A stretch of 64,000 bases of DNA from Candidatus Latescibacterota bacterium (GTDB taxonomy: Bacteria > Latescibacterota > UBA2968 > GCA-2709665): contig OZ244744.1 in the NCBI GenBank assembly GCA_965219455.1, forward strand, positions 4,736,001 to 4,800,000, read 5' to 3'. The notes under the pieces were generated by a model, which did not search any database, was not told where the DNA came from, and saw nothing but the letters and a program-made list of their open reading frames with translations. Below are positions 62,433 to 64,000 of this stretch, piece after piece. The position numbers and the translations under genes were made by a program. Within the stretch, counting starts at the first letter, position 1. Each line of letters opens with the position of its first letter.

Positions 62433-62711
62433 GGCGTTCCTCCTTCCATTGATGGCGGTGGGTACCACCATCATAGGGGATGAACGCCGTTTTGCATACC
62501 CTAAAACTATCTGCTCTTGACTACCACCTATTTGGTTGCGGCTGAGCAAAGCGAAGCCGCGTTAGGGAGTGGTGGAACTTCAACCTCACGGGTACCGAAA
62601 CGCGGGTATTTCGACAAGCTTGCTTCGACAAGCTCAGCGTAAACAACGCAAGCCACGCGACGAGACAGGACAAATCGGGCGGAAGCATGGTGACATCAAT
62701 CTGGGGCGATA

Positions 62712-62972
62712 CTAACCCACGGTCACCGCGACCCGGTGCATGGAGTTATTGAGATAGCCGCGCGGGTTCCAGGCGATCGCGTGCGGCTGGCTCACGCCGA
62801 GTGAGTCGGTGGCCCTGGCCCAGACTTCATAATACCCCTGCCGGGGAAAAGCGACCCTGGCGCGCCAGTTCTGCCACGCGTAAGTATTCACCGGTTCATC
62901 CAGCCTCGCCTCCATCCAGGTCGCGCCGAAGTCGATCGATAGATGCACGGCGTTCACCTTCCGGTCGCCGAG
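62712..62972 (-). pseudogene. Sulfite oxidase (SorA/SoxC-like) C-terminal dimerisation-domain fragment
   Basis: 'SIDFGATW.EARL..PVN.YAWQ.W', 'YEVWARATD', 'WNPRGYLNN'; catalytic domain absent. Confidence 0.75.
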
Positions 62973-63000
62973 GTGTCTCAGGGGTGCCGGATGGCCGGAT

Positions 63001-63888
63001 TCACTTGCCGAAAACCCTTTTGGCATTGAGTGTTAACGTCCAGTGCCGTGCGCCGGCGAACGAATTGTGGCTGGGGAAGTCTGGATCCAGGCTGTGCATC
63101 GGATGAATCGAATATTCCCCCCGGACGTCCATGCCGCCCGTCATAGAGTACGTCAGCTTTAATCCCAGCAACGTCCCGTCGCTCACCGCATAATCGGCCC
63201 CCGCGTGTACGCTCCCGGCCAGGACCACGTCCGAGAGGTCGGCGTCCTGGCGGCTGTTGTAGAAAGACAGCGGAGGATCGTAGGCCTGGCCGCTGCTGGA
63301 CATTTCCTTATGGTCGTCGGAATAGTGCGTGCCGGTCATGGCAACATGCGCCGCGCCTAGCCCGCCGCCGACGTAGGGTGAAATACCGTGCTGACCACCT
63401 GGAAGATCGTGGTATACGTTGAGCGAAAGCGAGCGTACGACAAAATCGTCGATCGAAGACCGGGTGTTGGACTCGATCGTTCCGCCTTCGCGGTCCTCCA
63501 TGGTCACGCCGTCGAAGTCGGTGACGCTTTGAAAGATCTGATCGATGTCGTTCTTTCGCTGTGCAAGCGCAAATTCCACGCGTTTGCGATCGAAAATACG
63601 CCCGATCGAGGCCCGGAAAGCGTATCCTCCGGCGGCCTCGTTATTGTAACGCCAACGGTATCCGGAAATTCGGGGAATGGGATCCAGATCGAAACATGCG
63701 TCGGTCGGATAACAGAATGTGTCCCGGTTCCATCCCTTCTGATCGATGTCGGACGCCCGATTCACGCCCAGCGTCGCGCCGACGTACCAGCCGGAGCGCG
63801 GCGGCCCGGGCTGCGCGCATACCCTCGAACTGTGAGAAAGCAACTGGAGTCCGAAAACGGTGGATAAGATGACCGAGAAAAGACGCAT
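63001..63888 (-). CDS. Outer-membrane beta-barrel protein (OmpA/opacity-like)
   Basis: Signal peptide, 'GWYVGATLG', 'LNVYHD', 'PYVGGGLG', terminal amphipathic strand. Confidence 0.8.
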   Translation of the reverse strand: MRLFSVILSTVFGLQLLSHSSRVCAQPGPPRSGWYVGATLGVNRASDIDQKGWNRDTFCYPTDACFDLDPIPRISGYRWRYNNEAAGGYAFRASIGRIFDRKRVEFALAQRKNDIDQIFQSVTDFDGVTMEDREGGTIESNTRSSIDDFVVRSLSLNVYHDLPGGQHGISPYVGGGLGAAHVAMTGTHYSDDHKEMSSSGQAYDPPLSFYNSRQDADLSDVVLAGSVHAGADYAVSDGTLLGLKLTYSMTGGMDVRGEYSIHPMHSLDPDFPSHNSFAGARHWTLTLNAKRVFGK

Positions 63889-64000
63889 GTAAATTCCTTC
63901 CTGAACCGCTGCGCGCGCGGAAAGATCGACCGCGGGGCCAGACGACAATATACAGTCGTGCTATTCTGAACAGATCTTTGAAATATTCTAAAATGGGATC

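Larger units (their letters stand above)
59303..62565. mobile_element. 3263-bp two-gene insertion element bounded by CGTTAG
   Basis: Removing it restores GGGGACGTTAGGGAGTGGTGG as seen at 22935-22955; subterminal hairpins at both ends; no terminal inverted repeats seen. Confidence 0.85.

Overview
GC-rich bacterial window in three parts. (1) 0.2-21 kb: mostly co-oriented small accessory genes (GNAT, nucleotidyltransferase, XRE-thioredoxin-2H phosphoesterase operon, enolase-superfamily enzyme, PhyH dioxygenase, NUDIX, methyltransferases, DUF402, MltF-like), three toxin-antitoxin loci (PIN pair; decayed higB + higA behind an 8x14-bp operator-like array; MNT-HEPN) and several REP/MITE-like repeats. 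(2) 23.6-56 kb: an array of five paralogous large exported proteins. They share an N-terminal signal peptide, cohesin-like domain, double-EF-hand dockerin-like domain, cadherin, FN3, Ig and poly-Pro, but end in different modules: purple-acid-phosphatase, LRR + leishmanolysin-like Zn protease, CARDB/Calx/Ig, PEP-utilizer-like His-swivel/ATP-grasp, and LRR. Two opposite-strand AAA-ATPase/PD-(D/E)XK genes are interleaved. Three paralogues carry simple lesions (T7 tract, 13-bp tandem repeat, a shared in-frame TAA). (3) A ~1.4-kb block (PhyH, hairpin repeat, sulfite-oxidase fragment) occurs on both sides of the array. The right copy carries a group II intron and a 3.26-kb element (IS1380-like DDE transposase convergent with a Rep_trans-like/wHTH protein) whose empty CGTTAG site is visible in the left copy. 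The gene content resembles host-associated (e.g. sponge) symbiont genomes; this is inference. All family calls come from motif recognition by eye, not database searches.
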